Source of the DNA: an uncultured Spirochaetota bacterium
GTDB lineage: Bacteria; Spirochaetota; Spirochaetia; SZUA-6; Fen-1364
Direction of reading: 5' to 3'
Assembly (NCBI GenBank): GCA_963734545.1
Contig: CAVTHO010000007.1
Location: 416,001 to 480,000 of the forward strand
DNA length: 64,000 nucleotides
Shown here: positions 1-10,725 of the stretch, one piece after another
Position numbering within the stretch: the first letter of the stretch is position 1
Layout of the letters: every line of letters begins with the position of its first letter
The notes under the pieces: generated by a model
Seen by the model: only the letters and a program-made list of their open reading frames with translations
Told to the model about the DNA's origin: nothing
Databases searched by the model: none
Translations under genes and position numbers: made by a program

Positions 1-1878
1 ATTGGCAATCGCCTCGATCGTGAGCACGGCGCCGCCCAGCTCGGTCCAGGCCAGCCCCGTGGCCATGCCGGGCTTGTTGGGCTGCGCGAGCTCCTCTTCG
101 TGGAAAACAGGCTTTCCCAGGTAGTCGGCAAGCGTCTCTTTCTTGAGCTCGACGGGCAGCTTCACAGCCCCTTCAATGCTCTTCCGTGCGATCTTTCGAT
201 GGACCTTGTCCAGGGCCTTTTCGAAGTTCCGCAAACCGGCTTCCCGCGCATAACCGTCCGCGATGGCGATGAGGGCCGGCGTGTCGTACTTGACGCTGGC
301 CTTCGACAGACCGGCGCGCTCGAGTGACTTCGGTATGAGATATTTCCGGGCAATGGCCACTTTCTCCTTGTCGATGTAGCCGGAGAGGCGGATGACCTCC
401 ATGCGGTCGAGCAGCGGCGCGGGTATGGAGTCCAGCGTATTGGCGGTTGTGACGAAAAGGATGTGCGAGAGATCGAACGGCAGGTCCAGGTAGTGATCGC
501 GGAAGGCCACGTTCTGCTCCGGATCCAGAACTTCGAGGAGGGCGGAGGACGGGTCTCCCTGGTAGGACGCGCCGAGCTTGTCTATCTCGTCGATCATGTA
601 GACCGGGCTCTTCGTCTTCACGATCTTGAGACCTTGAATGATCTTGCCCGGCATTGCGCCGATATACGTCCGCCTGTGGCCCTTGATCTCCGCCTCGTCA
701 CGCATGCCGCCGACCGAAAAGCGGAAAAACTTCCTGCCGAGGGCACGGGCGATTGATTTTCCCACCGAGGTTTTTCCGACACCGGGGGGGCCGACAAGGC
801 AGATGATGGAGCCCTTGTCGTCCCGCTTGAGCTTCCTCACTGCCAGGTATTCGACGATTCGCTCCTTCACGTCGTCCAGCCCGTAATGGTCCTCATTGAG
901 GATGGCAAGCGCCTTTTCGATGTCGATCGACTCCTTCGAATCGTCATTCCATGGGAGCGCGACAATGGTCTCCAGATAGTTGCGGGAAACGGTGAACTCC
1001 GGGGAGTTGGCATCCATGAGGGAGAATTTCTCCAGCTCCTGCATCACCTGCTCTTTCACCTCGCCCTGGAGGTCGAGTTTTTCAACGATGTCCTTGAACC
1101 TCTGGTACTCTGCCGTCTTTGCATCCACCGCAAGACCCAGCTCGCCCTTGATTGCTTTCAATTCCTCCTTGAGGAAGTATTCACGCTGGCTCTTGGTTAT
1201 CTTTTCATTGAGCTGCCCCTGGATTTTTTTCTGGATTTTGAGCAGCTCCTGCTCCTTTTTTATGAATATGAGCACATATTCCATGCGCGCCCGCACGTCC
1301 GTCATTTCCAGGATTTTCTGCTGCTCCGCCCGGTCCAGATTGAGTATGGAGGTGATGAAATCCGCGATCTTGCCCGGGTGGTCAATGTTGACCATCGAAA
1401 GACGCATTTCCTCGGAAAAGAGCGGGTTGTCTTCCGAAATCTGCCTCATCTCGCTGATCAAGGCGCGCGTCATTGCCTTCACCTCGACGGTGTCGTAATT
1501 CTCGTCCTCCATATATTGGACGACGACGCTGACCGGAGCGCTTCCCTGCAGCACGCGCTTGATGCTGAAACGCTTCAATGTGGAAATGAAGATGTTCACG
1601 CCGCCGTCGGGCAGATTGATCCGGCGCACGATCTTGGCCGCGGTCCCCACCGTATAGAGGTCCTCCGCGGACGGGTTTTCCGTGTCTCCCGACTTGGTAA
1701 GGACGAGGCCGAGGAAGCTGTCCGCGCTGATGGCCTTCTCGACCGTGTCCGCGTCCGAGGCGGAAGGCAGCATGAGCGGGGTGAGGAGGCCCGGAAATAT
1801 CGGCTTTCCATGAAGGGGAAGGAGGAACAGCCTCGCGGGCAGTATTTGGTCGGCAGGGATGATCTGATGGTCGCTCAT
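1..1878 (-). CDS. lon: ATP-dependent Lon protease (3' end runs off the window)
   Basis: Reverse-strand translation starts MSDHQIIPADQILPARLFLLPLHGKPIFPG (Lon N domain). Walker A ICLVGPPGVGKT near 770-807; RRTYIGAMPG; GMATGLAWT near the window edge. Not in the supplied ORF track because it has no stop in the window. Confidence 0.93.
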   Translation of the reverse strand, partial: MSDHQIIPADQILPARLFLLPLHGKPIFPGLLTPLMLPSASDADTVEKAISADSFLGLVLTKSGDTENPSAEDLYTVGTAAKIVRRINLPDGGVNIFISTLKRFSIKRVLQGSAPVSVVVQYMEDENYDTVEVKAMTRALISEMRQISEDNPLFSEEMRLSMVNIDHPGKIADFITSILNLDRAEQQKILEMTDVRARMEYVLIFIKKEQELLKIQKKIQGQLNEKITKSQREYFLKEELKAIKGELGLAVDAKTAEYQRFKDIVEKLDLQGEVKEQVMQELEKFSLMDANSPEFTVSRNYLETIVALPWNDDSKESIDIEKALAILNEDHYGLDDVKERIVEYLAVRKLKRDDKGSIICLVGPPGVGKTSVGKSIARALGRKFFRFSVGGMRDEAEIKGHRRTYIGAMPGKIIQGLKIVKTKSPVYMIDEIDKLGASYQGDPSSALLEVLDPEQNVAFRDHYLDLPFDLSHILFVTTANTLDSIPAPLLDRMEVIRLSGYIDKEKVAIARKYLIPKSLERAGLSKASVKYDTPALIAIADGYAREAGLRNFEKALDKVHRKIARKSIEGAVKLPVELKKETLADYLGKPVFHEEELAQPNKPGMATGLAWTELGGAVLTIEAIAN

Positions 1879-1899
1879 TTTTTTCTCCGTTGTGGATTC

Positions 1900-1928
1900 A
1901 ACTTAAGAATTCGCGCTCCCCGGGTCAA
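1900..1928 (-). promoter_or_regulatory. Putative sigma70 promoter of lon
   Basis: TTGACC-N17-TAAGTT on the minus strand, about 20 nt upstream of the lon ATG. Confidence 0.4.
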
Positions 1929-1933
1929 GCGTA

Positions 1934-1984
1934 GGCATGGATGCCGAGGGCCGACGAGCGCAGGGATGCACGAAAGGAGGCCCT
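1934..1984 (+). repeat. Single copy of the GGA-loop hairpin repeat family (see 45755-46089)
   Basis: GGCA-TGGA-TGCC GAGGGCCGACGA GCGCA-GGGA-TGCAC GAAAGGAGGCCCT, clearly homologous to the units at 45755-46089. Confidence 0.8.
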
Positions 1985-1997
1985 GCGGGCGGGCGTG

Positions 1998-2027
1998 TTG
2001 CCATGGGCCGCGTATCTCCACTACTAT
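1998..2027 (+). promoter_or_regulatory. Putative sigma70 promoter of the recO operon
   Basis: TTGCCA-N18-TACTAT, 20 nt upstream of the recO ATG. Confidence 0.4.
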
Positions 2028-2046
2028 GAGGGCGGAAGCGCAAGGA

Positions 2047-2802
2047 ATGTATCGAAGCATCTCCACCCAGGCGATAGTGATCCGCAGGGAACGGTTCGGA
2101 GAATTCCACAAGAGCCTCACGCTCCTGACGTCCGACCTTGGCCTGATCACCGCCACCGCGTACGGCGCCTACAAGATGCACAGTCACCTTCGCGTGGGGA
2201 GCGAGCCGTTCACGTGGTCGTCCACCGTGCTGTACCACAATCCGGTGAAGAAGAGCTACAAGGTCACCGACCTCGATATTCGGGAGTCGTTTCCCGGCCT
2301 GCAGAGCGATCTCTCCCGGATCGCCGCCGCCTCGCTCTGGGCTGAGGTCGTCCAGAAATCCTACGGCGCCGGAGAAGTCTCCAGCATGCTCTTTCGTCTT
2401 TTTCTGGACTGCCTGCGCCTGTTGAACGCGCCGGACCTCGTTCGGGAACCGTACGTCACCATGCAATTCCTGTGGCGTTTTCTCTCTCTGGCCGGCTACC
2501 AGCCCGAGACGAGGACCTGCGAGAGATGCGGAGCCGCCCACGGAGAGGCAAAGCCCGCATACTACTCCTCTCTTTCCCACGCCATTCTCTGCCCCGCGTG
2601 CCGGGGCCCGCTTGACGATGCCCTTCCCGCGGGCTCGTTGCGCTATCTGGACGCGAGCTCCGTGCTTCCGCTTGAAAGGTCGATCGAAGTCCGGCTCGAG
2701 CCGGCAGGTCTGCGCGCGTTGCGGGAGACCCTCCCGCGCATGGTGCAATCCGTCCTCGAAGGTGAGCTTGCTTCCCTGCGCTGGGTGGGGGCTTCCCTTT
2801 GA
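2047..2802 (+). CDS. recO: DNA repair protein RecO
   Basis: MYRSISTQAIVIRRERFGEFHKSLTLLT..G (RecO OB fold); CERCG...CPAC zinc motif; real start lies inside ORF 886..2802. Confidence 0.9.
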   Translation: MYRSISTQAIVIRRERFGEFHKSLTLLTSDLGLITATAYGAYKMHSHLRVGSEPFTWSSTVLYHNPVKKSYKVTDLDIRESFPGLQSDLSRIAAASLWAEVVQKSYGAGEVSSMLFRLFLDCLRLLNAPDLVREPYVTMQFLWRFLSLAGYQPETRTCERCGAAHGEAKPAYYSSLSHAILCPACRGPLDDALPAGSLRYLDASSVLPLERSIEVRLEPAGLRALRETLPRMVQSVLEGELASLRWVGASL

Positions 2803-3353
2803 GAGTGTTTGCCGCTCTCCCTCTTCCGCCGGCCGTCGTGGGCTCCCTCGATTCGGCGCTGGCCCCCGCCCGCCGCGCGTACACGGGGCTTCGCTGGGTT
2901 TCCGCCGGCGGGTTTCACGTGACGCTGCACTTCTTCGGCGAGGTGACCGAACCCGGTGTCGCCGCCCTCCGGCAGGTGTTCGATGATCCGGACCTCCGGG
3001 TGCCGGCCATTCCCGCGCGGCTCGGGAAAATCGGCCAGTTTCCTCCGCGGGGAAAGCCGAGAGTTCTCTGGGTGGGGCTGGCGCGCGGAGAGCCGGAGAT
3101 GAGGGCGTACTGGACTCTCCTCGAAAAGAAAATAGCCCCTCTTGGCTGGAGCGCCGATGAAAGGGGATTTTCGGCCCACATCACGGTCGCGCGGGCAGGG
3201 AAATCGGCCGTTGCAGGCGGGGATGTGATGGTGGAAATACCCGGGACTGATTTTTTCGTGGAAGAGTGCGTGCTCTTTCAATCCATCCTCGGACGTGACG
3301 GCGCGCAGTATGTGCCATTGAAAAAGATCCCTCTGGAGAGGGGGCCAGGATGA
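2799..3353 (+). CDS. thpR: RNA 2',3'-cyclic phosphodiesterase (2H family)
   Basis: MRVFAAL start, two HxT motifs (HVTL, HITV) and PRVLWVG. Confidence 0.9.
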   Translation: MRVFAALPLPPAVVGSLDSALAPARRAYTGLRWVSAGGFHVTLHFFGEVTEPGVAALRQVFDDPDLRVPAIPARLGKIGQFPPRGKPRVLWVGLARGEPEMRAYWTLLEKKIAPLGWSADERGFSAHITVARAGKSAVAGGDVMVEIPGTDFFVEECVLFQSILGRDGAQYVPLKKIPLERGPG

Positions 3354-4660
3354 GGCCTGTCGACCTGATCATGAAGAAACGGGACGGGGGTGTATTCTCC
3401 CCGGAGGAGATCGACTTCCTCGTGCAGGGCTTCACACGCGGTGAGATCCCCGACTATCAATTCGCCGCGCTCCTCATGGCAATCGTGCTGAAGGGCATGG
3501 TCCCCGAAGAGACGGCGCGGCTGACCCGCGCAATGATCGAGTCGGGGGACGCGTGGGACCTCGCCGGCGTTCCGGGCCCGCTCGTGGACAAGCATTCCAC
3601 CGGAGGGGTGGGTGACAAGATCTCACTCACCCTCGCGCCGCTCGCCGCCGCGTGCGGGATCCGGGTGCCGATGATGAGCGGCAGGTCCCTGGGGCACACG
3701 GGCGGCACGCTGGACAAGCTGGAATCGATCCCCGGCTACCGGACCGACCTGCCCCTGGCGAAATTCAGGAGCGGGCTGGAAGAAGTCGGGTTCGCCATGA
3801 TCGGACAGAGCGAGACGGTCGTTCCCGCGGACCGCCGCATGTACGCCCTGCGCGACGTCACGGGCACCGTGGAGTCGATCCCGCTCATCACCGCGAGCAT
3901 CATGTCGAAGAAGTTCGCGGAGGGCGCGCAGTCGCTCGTCTTCGACGTGAAGTGCGGGGCGGGCGCGTTCATGAAGAGCCGCGACCAGGCGCGGGCCCTG
4001 TCCCGCTCTCTCGTTGCAACGGGAGCCGGTCTGGGCCGCCGGGTGGTGGCGCTCATCACGGACATGGACCGGCCGCTGGGGCGAAAGATCGGCAACTTCC
4101 TCGAGGTCGAGGAGACCATCGACTGCCTGCAGGGAAAAGGGCCGGTGGACGAGATGGACCTGACCTTCCGCCTGGTCGGCTGGATGCTCACCCTCGGGGG
4201 CCTTTGCCCGGATCCGCAAACCGGAGAGGCGCGCGCCCGGGAGAAACTGGCGGACGGCTCGGCCTGGAAGGTTTTCCTGCGGAATGTCGCCTTCCAGGGC
4301 GGGGACGTCGAGGCGGTGCTCCATCCTGAAAAGGTCCCTCACGCAAGAATCACCGCGCCGCTGGGAGCGCGCGCGGAAGGGTGGCTTGCCCGCATCGACG
4401 CGTACAAGGTCGGCATCGCTTCCGTGATACTCGGAGCGGGCCGCTCCCGGCAGGGCGACATGGTCCTGCCGGGGGTCGGCATCACGCTGCTCAAGGAGCA
4501 GGGAGACGCCGTTGTCCGGGGGGAAGAGTTGTGCCTCGTGCATGGAGAAGATGAGGCAAGGGTGGCGGAGGCCCTGGGGGTGCTCGAATCTGCCTTTGAA
4601 ACAGGGAACGTCAGGCGCATACCGGGCCCGCGGGTCCTGGAGGAGATCACCCAGGCATGA
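3350..4660 (+). CDS. pdp: Pyrimidine-nucleoside/thymidine phosphorylase
   Basis: DKHSTGGVGDK, SGRSLGHTGGTLDKLESIPG, YALRDVTGTV, ASIMSKK. Confidence 0.93.
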   Translation: MRPVDLIMKKRDGGVFSPEEIDFLVQGFTRGEIPDYQFAALLMAIVLKGMVPEETARLTRAMIESGDAWDLAGVPGPLVDKHSTGGVGDKISLTLAPLAAACGIRVPMMSGRSLGHTGGTLDKLESIPGYRTDLPLAKFRSGLEEVGFAMIGQSETVVPADRRMYALRDVTGTVESIPLITASIMSKKFAEGAQSLVFDVKCGAGAFMKSRDQARALSRSLVATGAGLGRRVVALITDMDRPLGRKIGNFLEVEETIDCLQGKGPVDEMDLTFRLVGWMLTLGGLCPDPQTGEARAREKLADGSAWKVFLRNVAFQGGDVEAVLHPEKVPHARITAPLGARAEGWLARIDAYKVGIASVILGAGRSRQGDMVLPGVGITLLKEQGDAVVRGEELCLVHGEDEARVAEALGVLESAFETGNVRRIPGPRVLEEITQA

Positions 4661-6759
4661 TCTGGAACAAGACCCCCGTCGACGCGCAGGCGGTCAAGGA
4701 TCTCGCCCGCCGGTATGAAATCGAGCTGCTGGCTGCCGCCATACTCACCCGGAGGGGGATTACCGCGCCGGAACCCCTGCGATTCGTCCTGGAGAGCGAT
4801 CCCCGGTTCCTGCACAATCCATTCCTCATGGCATCGATGGGCGAGGCGGTGGAGAGAATCGATGCGGCGGTGGACAGCGGTGAGAAAATCCTGATCTTCG
4901 GCGATCGTGACGTGGACGGCATCACTGCCACGGTGCTGCTCTATGAGGCGCTCGCGGAAATGGATGCCGACGGTTCAGTGGATGCTTCCTGAGGGAGATG
5001 CGACCTACGGTCTGTCGGAGAAGGTGATAGACGAGGCTCTTGCGGCCGGCATCGGCCTTCTCATCACGGTGGATTGCGGCATATCGAACGTGGACGAGAT
5101 CCGCTATGCGGCGGAAAAGGGCCTCGATACAATCGTCTTCGACCACCACAATCCGCCGTCCGAGCTCCCGGCCGCTTTCGCCCTCGTGGACCCCAAGCTC
5201 CCCGGATACCCTTTCCGGGACCTGTGCGGGTGCGCCGTGGCGTCCAAGGTGGAGTGGGCGCTCCGTTTTTCCCGGTCTCCTTTCTTCGGCGTCTCTGTCT
5301 GCCTCCTGAACGCCCGGCCCGCCAATGAAACATTCGTCGTGGAGGCGGTGCGCCTGACAAACCTCGTCGAGACCGGCCGGATCATGGAGAACGTCGTGCC
5401 GGGTCTCGTCGCATTCGAGGGTTCACGCCTTGCCGGTTTCATCGGCCAGGACGAAGTGCTGGTCATGGACGCCCCCGCGCACGCGCGCCTCCTCGACCGG
5501 GCGTTCGGATCAGTGCCCGTCCCTCTCTCCGACCTCTCCCCGCTGATCGCTCAGTTCCTTCCGGCGCTCGCGGGGAAATCACTCCTGCGCATCCAGGAAT
5601 CCTCGCGCTCGGCGCGCTACTGCTCGAAGGCGCTCACCGAGATCGACACTCTCGAGGAGCTCTTCATCTCCCTCGTGCTCAAGCGTGAGGAGGCGCGCCT
5701 GGCGCCCGCGCTCTCCCGTCTGGATCTCGTGACCCTTGGCACACTCGCCGACCTGATGCCGCTGGTGGACGAGAACCGGATCCTCGTGCGCCGGGGGCTC
5801 GCGCTGCTGCGGGCATCGGAGCGCAGCGGTCTTCGCCAGGTGTTCAAGCGCAAGGACCTGCTGGGAAAACGGATCAGCACCACGGACATCGCCTGGCAGG
5901 TTTCACCGCTTCTCAATTCGGCGGGGCGCATGGGGGAGCCGGGCATCGCGACGAACCTGTTCCTCGCAAAGACGGCGGAGGAAGCGGAAGCCATCGTCAA
6001 CCAGCTCTTCGCCCTGGACGGCCAGCGCAAGAACGTGGGGGAGAACACCTGGAACCTCATGCTGGAGCAGGCCAAGGAGTCCCTGGAAAGGACCGGGGGA
6101 AGATGCGTGCTGGTGCACGATGCGCGCATCCAGCGCGGCATCACCGGAATCATGGCGTCGCGGCTGCAGGGTTTCTTCAAGACCCCGGCAATCGTCATAG
6201 CGGAGTCGGACGATACGGCAGTGGGTTCGATCAGGTGCAATCGCGAAAAAGTGATCGCCGAATTCTTCGCCCGTCACTCCGGCGACTTTCTTACCCACGG
6301 CGGACACGATTTCGCCGCGGGGTTCAGCATCGAGCCCTCGCGACTGGCGCCTTTCCTTGACGCCTTCTTCTCCCGCGTGGAAGAGATCGCCTTGCCCGCG
6401 CCGGGTGAGGAGACCATTGCGATAGACGCGGAGATCCCGGCATCGTTCCTGTCCCCCGATCTCCAGAAGACCGTCGACCTTTTCGAGCCGTACGGCGAGG
6501 GAAATCCGCAGCTCACGTTTCTCACGCGGGGAATGCGCATCTCGCAGTGCGAGCTCATCGGCAGGAAGGACCTCAATCATCTGAAGCTTCTTCTCGATTC
6601 GGGCAAGACCAGGTGGCCGGCCGTCTACTGGAACGCCGCATCGCGCTTTCCCGGAGACTTCGCAATTGGAGACGTGGTGAACGTCGTGTACCGGCTGGGG
6701 AGGAACTCCTACGCCGGGGGGAGAATCTCCAGCTCACCATTCTGGACCTTCAGAAATGA
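4657..6759 (+). CDS. recJ: ssDNA exonuclease RecJ with an internal insertion; two apparent frameshifts (~4972 and G-run 6716-6721)
   Basis: GDRDVDG, TVDCG, DHH, LGTLADLMPL, NSAGR, GGH motifs spread over ORFs 4657..4992, 4907..6961 and the tail frame ending [10 protein letters not shown] at 6759. Confidence 0.88.
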
Positions 6760-7854
6760 ACCGCCTCCCGGGCCGCGCCGCGCTTTTCGCGTTTCTTCTT
6801 CTGCTCGTGCGCCCCCTCGGGGCGGGAACACTGCTCCTCAACGATCCGTATCTCATGCTCTGTGTGACGGACCCCGGTGCCCGCTATACGGTCGTGGATG
6901 GCGCTCTTCACGCCGCACAGGGTCTCTTCTCGTTCTTCCCGCCATGGGGGCGGCCTCTTGAGCCGCGGATCCAGGTCCCCTCGCAGGGACGTCCGGGAGA
7001 TCTCCTGCAGGTGTTCATATCTTCCGATGAGCCGCTGGGATCCGTCACGGTGACGCTGCGGGAGACGGGAAAACAGGAGTTGTCACGGACCGCGGGGTTC
7101 CGCGTTTCGTCGGACCGGGCGCGGGACACATGGGCTGCTCTCATCGGCGTGCCTGCCGGCGCAGCCGTCCGCGAGTACTCTCTCGGGCTCCGTATTGCGG
7201 CCGGGCAGCGAAGCTGCCTCCTGCTGAAGCCGTTCAGCCTCCAGCCGCGGAGCTTCTTCTCCGAGCGGATCGGGCTCACAAAGGATCTGACGGCGCTCTA
7301 CGCGGTTCCCGATCCCCGCAAGGCTGCGGAATACCGCGTGCTTTCCCGGATCCTGTCGACGCCGCATCCTGACGCCCTGTATGAGACGGGACCGATGCTG
7401 CTCCCGCTTCCGACAGCACGCCGCACATCAGGATACGGTGACAGGCGCGTCTACCTGCTGGCGGACGCGAGCCGGCGAGCTCTCGATCCACGAGGGCATC
7501 GATCTCGCCGAGCCCATCGACACCCCTGTACCCGCGTGCGGCCGGGGAAGGGTCGTGTTTGCCTCCAGCAGGATGCTCACAGGGAACACGCTCGTCATCG
7601 AGCACCTCCCCGGCCTGTTCTCGATCTACTACCATCTGTCCGCCCTGATGGCGGCGGAAGGCGACCTTGTGGAGAAAGGTCAGATCATCGGCAAGGTCGG
7701 GATGACCGGATTCGCCACGGGCCCGCACCTCCACTGGGAGGTCCGGTCAATGGGTTGTGCGGTGGATCCGGATGAGCTGACCCAGGGTCCCCTCCTTGAC
7801 AGAAAGGCCGCTTTTCAGGACATTGAACAAAGCAAGAGCACCGAAGGGAGGTGA
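6756..7854 (+). CDS. Exported M23-family metallopeptidase; apparent frameshift ~7472
   Basis: Signal-like N-terminus; HEGID, YYHLS and [10 protein letters not shown]23 motifs in frame 7381..7854. Confidence 0.85.
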
Positions 7855-8069
7855 TTGCCATAGCTTATATAGAAGTAAGCGACGATGAGCCCCTGGAGAA
7901 AGCCATCAAGCGTTTCAAACGCCAGGTCGAGAAGGAGGGGATCATCCGGGAATGGAAGAAGAGGGAGTTCTTCGAGAAGCCCTCGGCCATTCTCAATCGC
8001 AAGAAAAAGGCCCTTGAGCGCAAGCGCATGAAGAGAGCGCGCAAGGTCTCTGCGATGAAGAGCTATTGA
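7851..8069 (+). CDS. rpsU: 30S ribosomal protein bS21
   Basis: [31 protein letters not shown]. Confidence 0.95.
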   Translation: MIAIAYIEVSDDEPLEKAIKRFKRQVEKEGIIREWKKREFFEKPSAILNRKKKALERKRMKRARKVSAMKSY

Positions 8070-8090
8070 CGGCACTGATCTTTGACTAGG

Positions 8091-8115
8091 AAAGGCCCCC
8101 GCTCAGGGGGCCTTT
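8091..8115. terminator. Bidirectional intrinsic terminator
   Basis: AAAGGCCCCC-GCTCA-GGGGGCCTTT between convergent rpsU and the ABC ATPase gene. Confidence 0.75.
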
Positions 8116-8177
8116 GCATGTGCCCGTTCGAATCAGCGGTTAAGGCGAGCCCGATGTGCGCCCCGCGGCCCGATTTT

Positions 8178-8909
8178 CTACAATATGTGCTTGAGGAAGC
8201 GCTGAGTCCGCTCCTCCTGCGGCGCAGCAAAGACAGCCTCCGGCGGGCCCCTCTCAATGATCTCGCCATTGTCCATGAAAACGACCGTGTGAGCCGCGGC
8301 CCTTGCGAATCCCATTTCATGGGATACGACCAGCATTGTCATGCCTTCCTTCGCGAGCTCCACCATGACGTCGAGAACCTCCTTGATCATCTCGGGATCA
8401 AGGGCGGAGGTGGGCTCGTCGAACAGCATGACCTTGGGGCTCATGGCCAGGGCCCGGGCTATTGCCACGCGCTGCTGCTGGCCGCCGGAGAGCTGCTCGG
8501 GGTACGCGCCTTCCTTCTCCGAGAGGCCGACACGTGCGAGAAGGCTGCGGCCGAGGTCTTTCGCCTCCGGTTCCGGGGTTTTTTTGACCACGCGCGGGGC
8601 GAGTATGATGTTTTCCAGCGCCGTCAGATGAGGGAAAAGGTTGAAGGACTGGAAAACCATCCCCACCTCTTCCCTGATCTTGCGGATATCCGACTTGCGA
8701 TCCGTGACCTGGTCTTCATCGACCCAGATCTGGCCGGAGGTAAGGTTCTCCAGCCGGTTGATGCAGCGCAGCATCGTGCTCTTCCCGCTTCCCGACGGCC
8801 CGATGACGAGCACGACCTCGCCCGGCTTCACGGAGAGGGTTGCGTTCTTCAGCGCGATGATCCTGCCGAAGTTCTTGCAGGCATCGATAATCCGCACCCT
8901 ATCTGCCAC
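8178..8909 (-). CDS. Polar amino-acid ABC transporter ATP-binding subunit (GlnQ-like)
   Basis: [36 protein letters not shown]. Confidence 0.93.
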   Translation of the reverse strand: MADRVRIIDACKNFGRIIALKNATLSVKPGEVVLVIGPSGSGKSTMLRCINRLENLTSGQIWVDEDQVTDRKSDIRKIREEVGMVFQSFNLFPHLTALENIILAPRVVKKTPEPEAKDLGRSLLARVGLSEKEGAYPEQLSGGQQQRVAIARALAMSPKVMLFDEPTSALDPEMIKEVLDVMVELAKEGMTMLVVSHEMGFARAAAHTVVFMDNGEIIERGPPEAVFAAPQEERTQRFLKHIL

Positions 8910-9762
8910 TGCGGTTCATCCTTTGTTCCATGAGCGCGACGAGTCGGGAGAAGAAAAGGGTCATGACGAGGTAGACAAGCGCGACGACGGTGAATGCTTC
9001 GAAATAGTCAAAGGTCTTGGAAGCGTACTCCCTTCCCCGCCGCAGCAGATCCGAAACGGCCAGGATCGACACAAGGGATGAGTCCTTCAGCAGGGCGATG
9101 AACTCATTGCCCAGAGGCGGGAGCACCACCCGGACGGTCTGGGGAAGGATGATCCTGCGCAGTGCCTGCCCGCGCGAAAGCCCGAGAGCGATGGCAGCCT
9201 CCATCTGACCCTTGTGGATGGACTGGATGCCGGCTCGGAAGATTTCCCCAAGGTATGCGCCATAGCAGACGGTCATGGCGATCACCGCGGCGAAGATGTC
9301 GGGGACCTGGACGATTTTTCCCATTGCATAGTAGATGTAAAAAATCTGGACCAGCAGAGGGATGCCCCTGACTACCTCCACGTAGATCGTGGCAATCCTG
9401 TTGATGAGGACGATCCGTGAAATCCTCCCCACACCCGTGAGCAGCCCCACGACCAGCGCGCACGCGATGGACATGAGGGTGACCTCGAACGTCTTCAGGA
9501 TCCCGTCCGGCAGGAAGAGCATGATGTCCCGATAGGGATGGGGTTTTGCGAAAAAGAGTACTACAAGAAGGGCGAGAGCCCCGAAAAAGGAGATCCGCCA
9601 GGCTGAGAAAGTCGACTTCTCTCCTCGTCCGGGGATCAATGCCCCGTCGGTGACCTCGATCCGCGTTTCCCGCGTTTCTCGGCGGGGGGACTGCGGCGCT
9701 CCTTTCGGAACGCCGCCTGGCCGTTCGGCAGTCGAGTCCCCCGTTATCCTTATTTCAGCCAC
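8899..9762 (-). CDS. Polar amino-acid ABC transporter permease (start uncertain)
   Basis: [26 protein letters not shown] (EAA loop), LLKDSSL. Confidence 0.9.
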   Translation of the reverse strand: MAEIRITGDSTAERPGGVPKGAPQSPRRETRETRIEVTDGALIPGRGEKSTFSAWRISFFGALALLVVLFFAKPHPYRDIMLFLPDGILKTFEVTLMSIACALVVGLLTGVGRISRIVLINRIATIYVEVVRGIPLLVQIFYIYYAMGKIVQVPDIFAAVIAMTVCYGAYLGEIFRAGIQSIHKGQMEAAIALGLSRGQALRRIILPQTVRVVLPPLGNEFIALLKDSSLVSILAVSDLLRRGREYASKTFDYFEAFTVVALVYLVMTLFFSRLVALMEQRMNRSGR

Positions 9763-10505
9763 TGGGCCTCAATCGCCTTGTTCGCACCTGAATCCAGGAC
9801 CTTCTTCAGGCCGGCGTTGATGACATCGAGGACTTTCGTATTGCCCTTCTTGACCGCCACGCCGTAGAACTCCTCGGTGAAGCGATCTCCCACGATCTTC
9901 AGCTTGCCCTTGTAGGTGTCGTTCTGCAGGGCATACTGGGCAGCGGTCGGATTGTCGCACACGACGGCGGCGATTCTCCCGTTGGCAAGGTCGGCGAACG
10001 CAAGCCCGATCTCGTCGTAGGTCTTCTCGGTGATGTTGCCGGCCGCCTTGACCTTGTCGATCTCGAACGCGCCGGTCGTTCCGATCTGCGCTCCGACGGT
10101 CTTGCCTTTCAGGTCCTCGAGCTTCGTGACGCCCTCTGTTTCACTCTTGACCACGAGGATCTGGCCCGCGTTGATGTAGGGGAGGGAGAAGTCCATCGTC
10201 TTCTTCCGCTCATCCGTGATGGTCACGGACGACATGACCGCGTCGTACTTGCCGTTCTCGAGGCCGGCGAAAATCCCGTCCCATGCGGTGTTCTTGAACT
10301 CGACGATGAATCCGCCCGCCTTGGCCGCTGCGTTCATCAGGTCGATGTCGAACCCGACGATGTTCTTGTTCGTGTCGACCATTTCCATGGGCGGCCATGT
10401 GGCGTCCGTGGCGATGGTGATCTTCGCGGGTTCCTTCTTCGCGCACGACATCACGCCGAGGAAGAGGGATGCCAGCATGAGCCCGGTGATAAGCTTCCTG
10501 AGCAT
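9750..10505 (-). CDS. Amino-acid ABC transporter substrate-binding lipoprotein (family 3)
   Basis: Lipobox VMSC; DATWPPME, GFDIDL, WDGIFAGL, TITDERK; GGAGG RBS. Confidence 0.92.
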   Translation of the reverse strand: MLRKLITGLMLASLFLGVMSCAKKEPAKITIATDATWPPMEMVDTNKNIVGFDIDLMNAAAKAGGFIVEFKNTAWDGIFAGLENGKYDAVMSSVTITDERKKTMDFSLPYINAGQILVVKSETEGVTKLEDLKGKTVGAQIGTTGAFEIDKVKAAGNITEKTYDEIGLAFADLANGRIAAVVCDNPTAAQYALQNDTYKGKLKIVGDRFTEEFYGVAVKKGNTKVLDVINAGLKKVLDSGANKAIEAQWLK

Positions 10506-10612
10506 AAATACCTCCTGTTCGTATTTTTATTCGTTATTCACTGAATGAGCCCGAATGTCAAGGGCGAGTCCCGCTCGGATGTCGCAAAAACGGAAGAGCC
10601 AGGCGCGCATGC

Positions 10613-10641
10613 TTGACAATCAGGGATGATCGTTCTATATT
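10613..10641 (+). promoter_or_regulatory. sigma70 promoter of tRNA-fMet
   Basis: TTGACA-N17-TATATT, 12 nt before the tRNA. Confidence 0.75.
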
Positions 10642-10652
10642 CTTTCACGCGA

Positions 10653-10725
10653 CGCAGGGTAGAGCAGTTGGCAGCTCGTCGGGCTCATAACCCGGAGGTC
10701 GCAGGTTCAAATCCTGCCCCTGCTA
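10653..10725 (+). tRNA. Initiator tRNA-fMet(CAU)
   Basis: Cloverleaf with CAT anticodon, three consecutive G:C pairs in the anticodon stem, unpaired C1-U72, GGTTCAAATCC T-arm; CCA not encoded. Confidence 0.95.

Noticed and set aside
1946-1984. Hammerhead ribozyme (CCGACGA...CGAAA resembles CUGANGA...GAAA)
   Set aside because: The conserved U is C, there is no third stem or cleavage triplet, and two copies have GCAA instead of GAAA; it folds as a two-way internal loop.
886-2046. N-terminal 387 aa of the 638-aa ORF, and other long shadow ORFs (e.g. 49334..51247, 55522..56868, 37411..38841, 46116..47438)
   Set aside because: They are antisense to well-supported genes, which is expected with high-GC codon bias.
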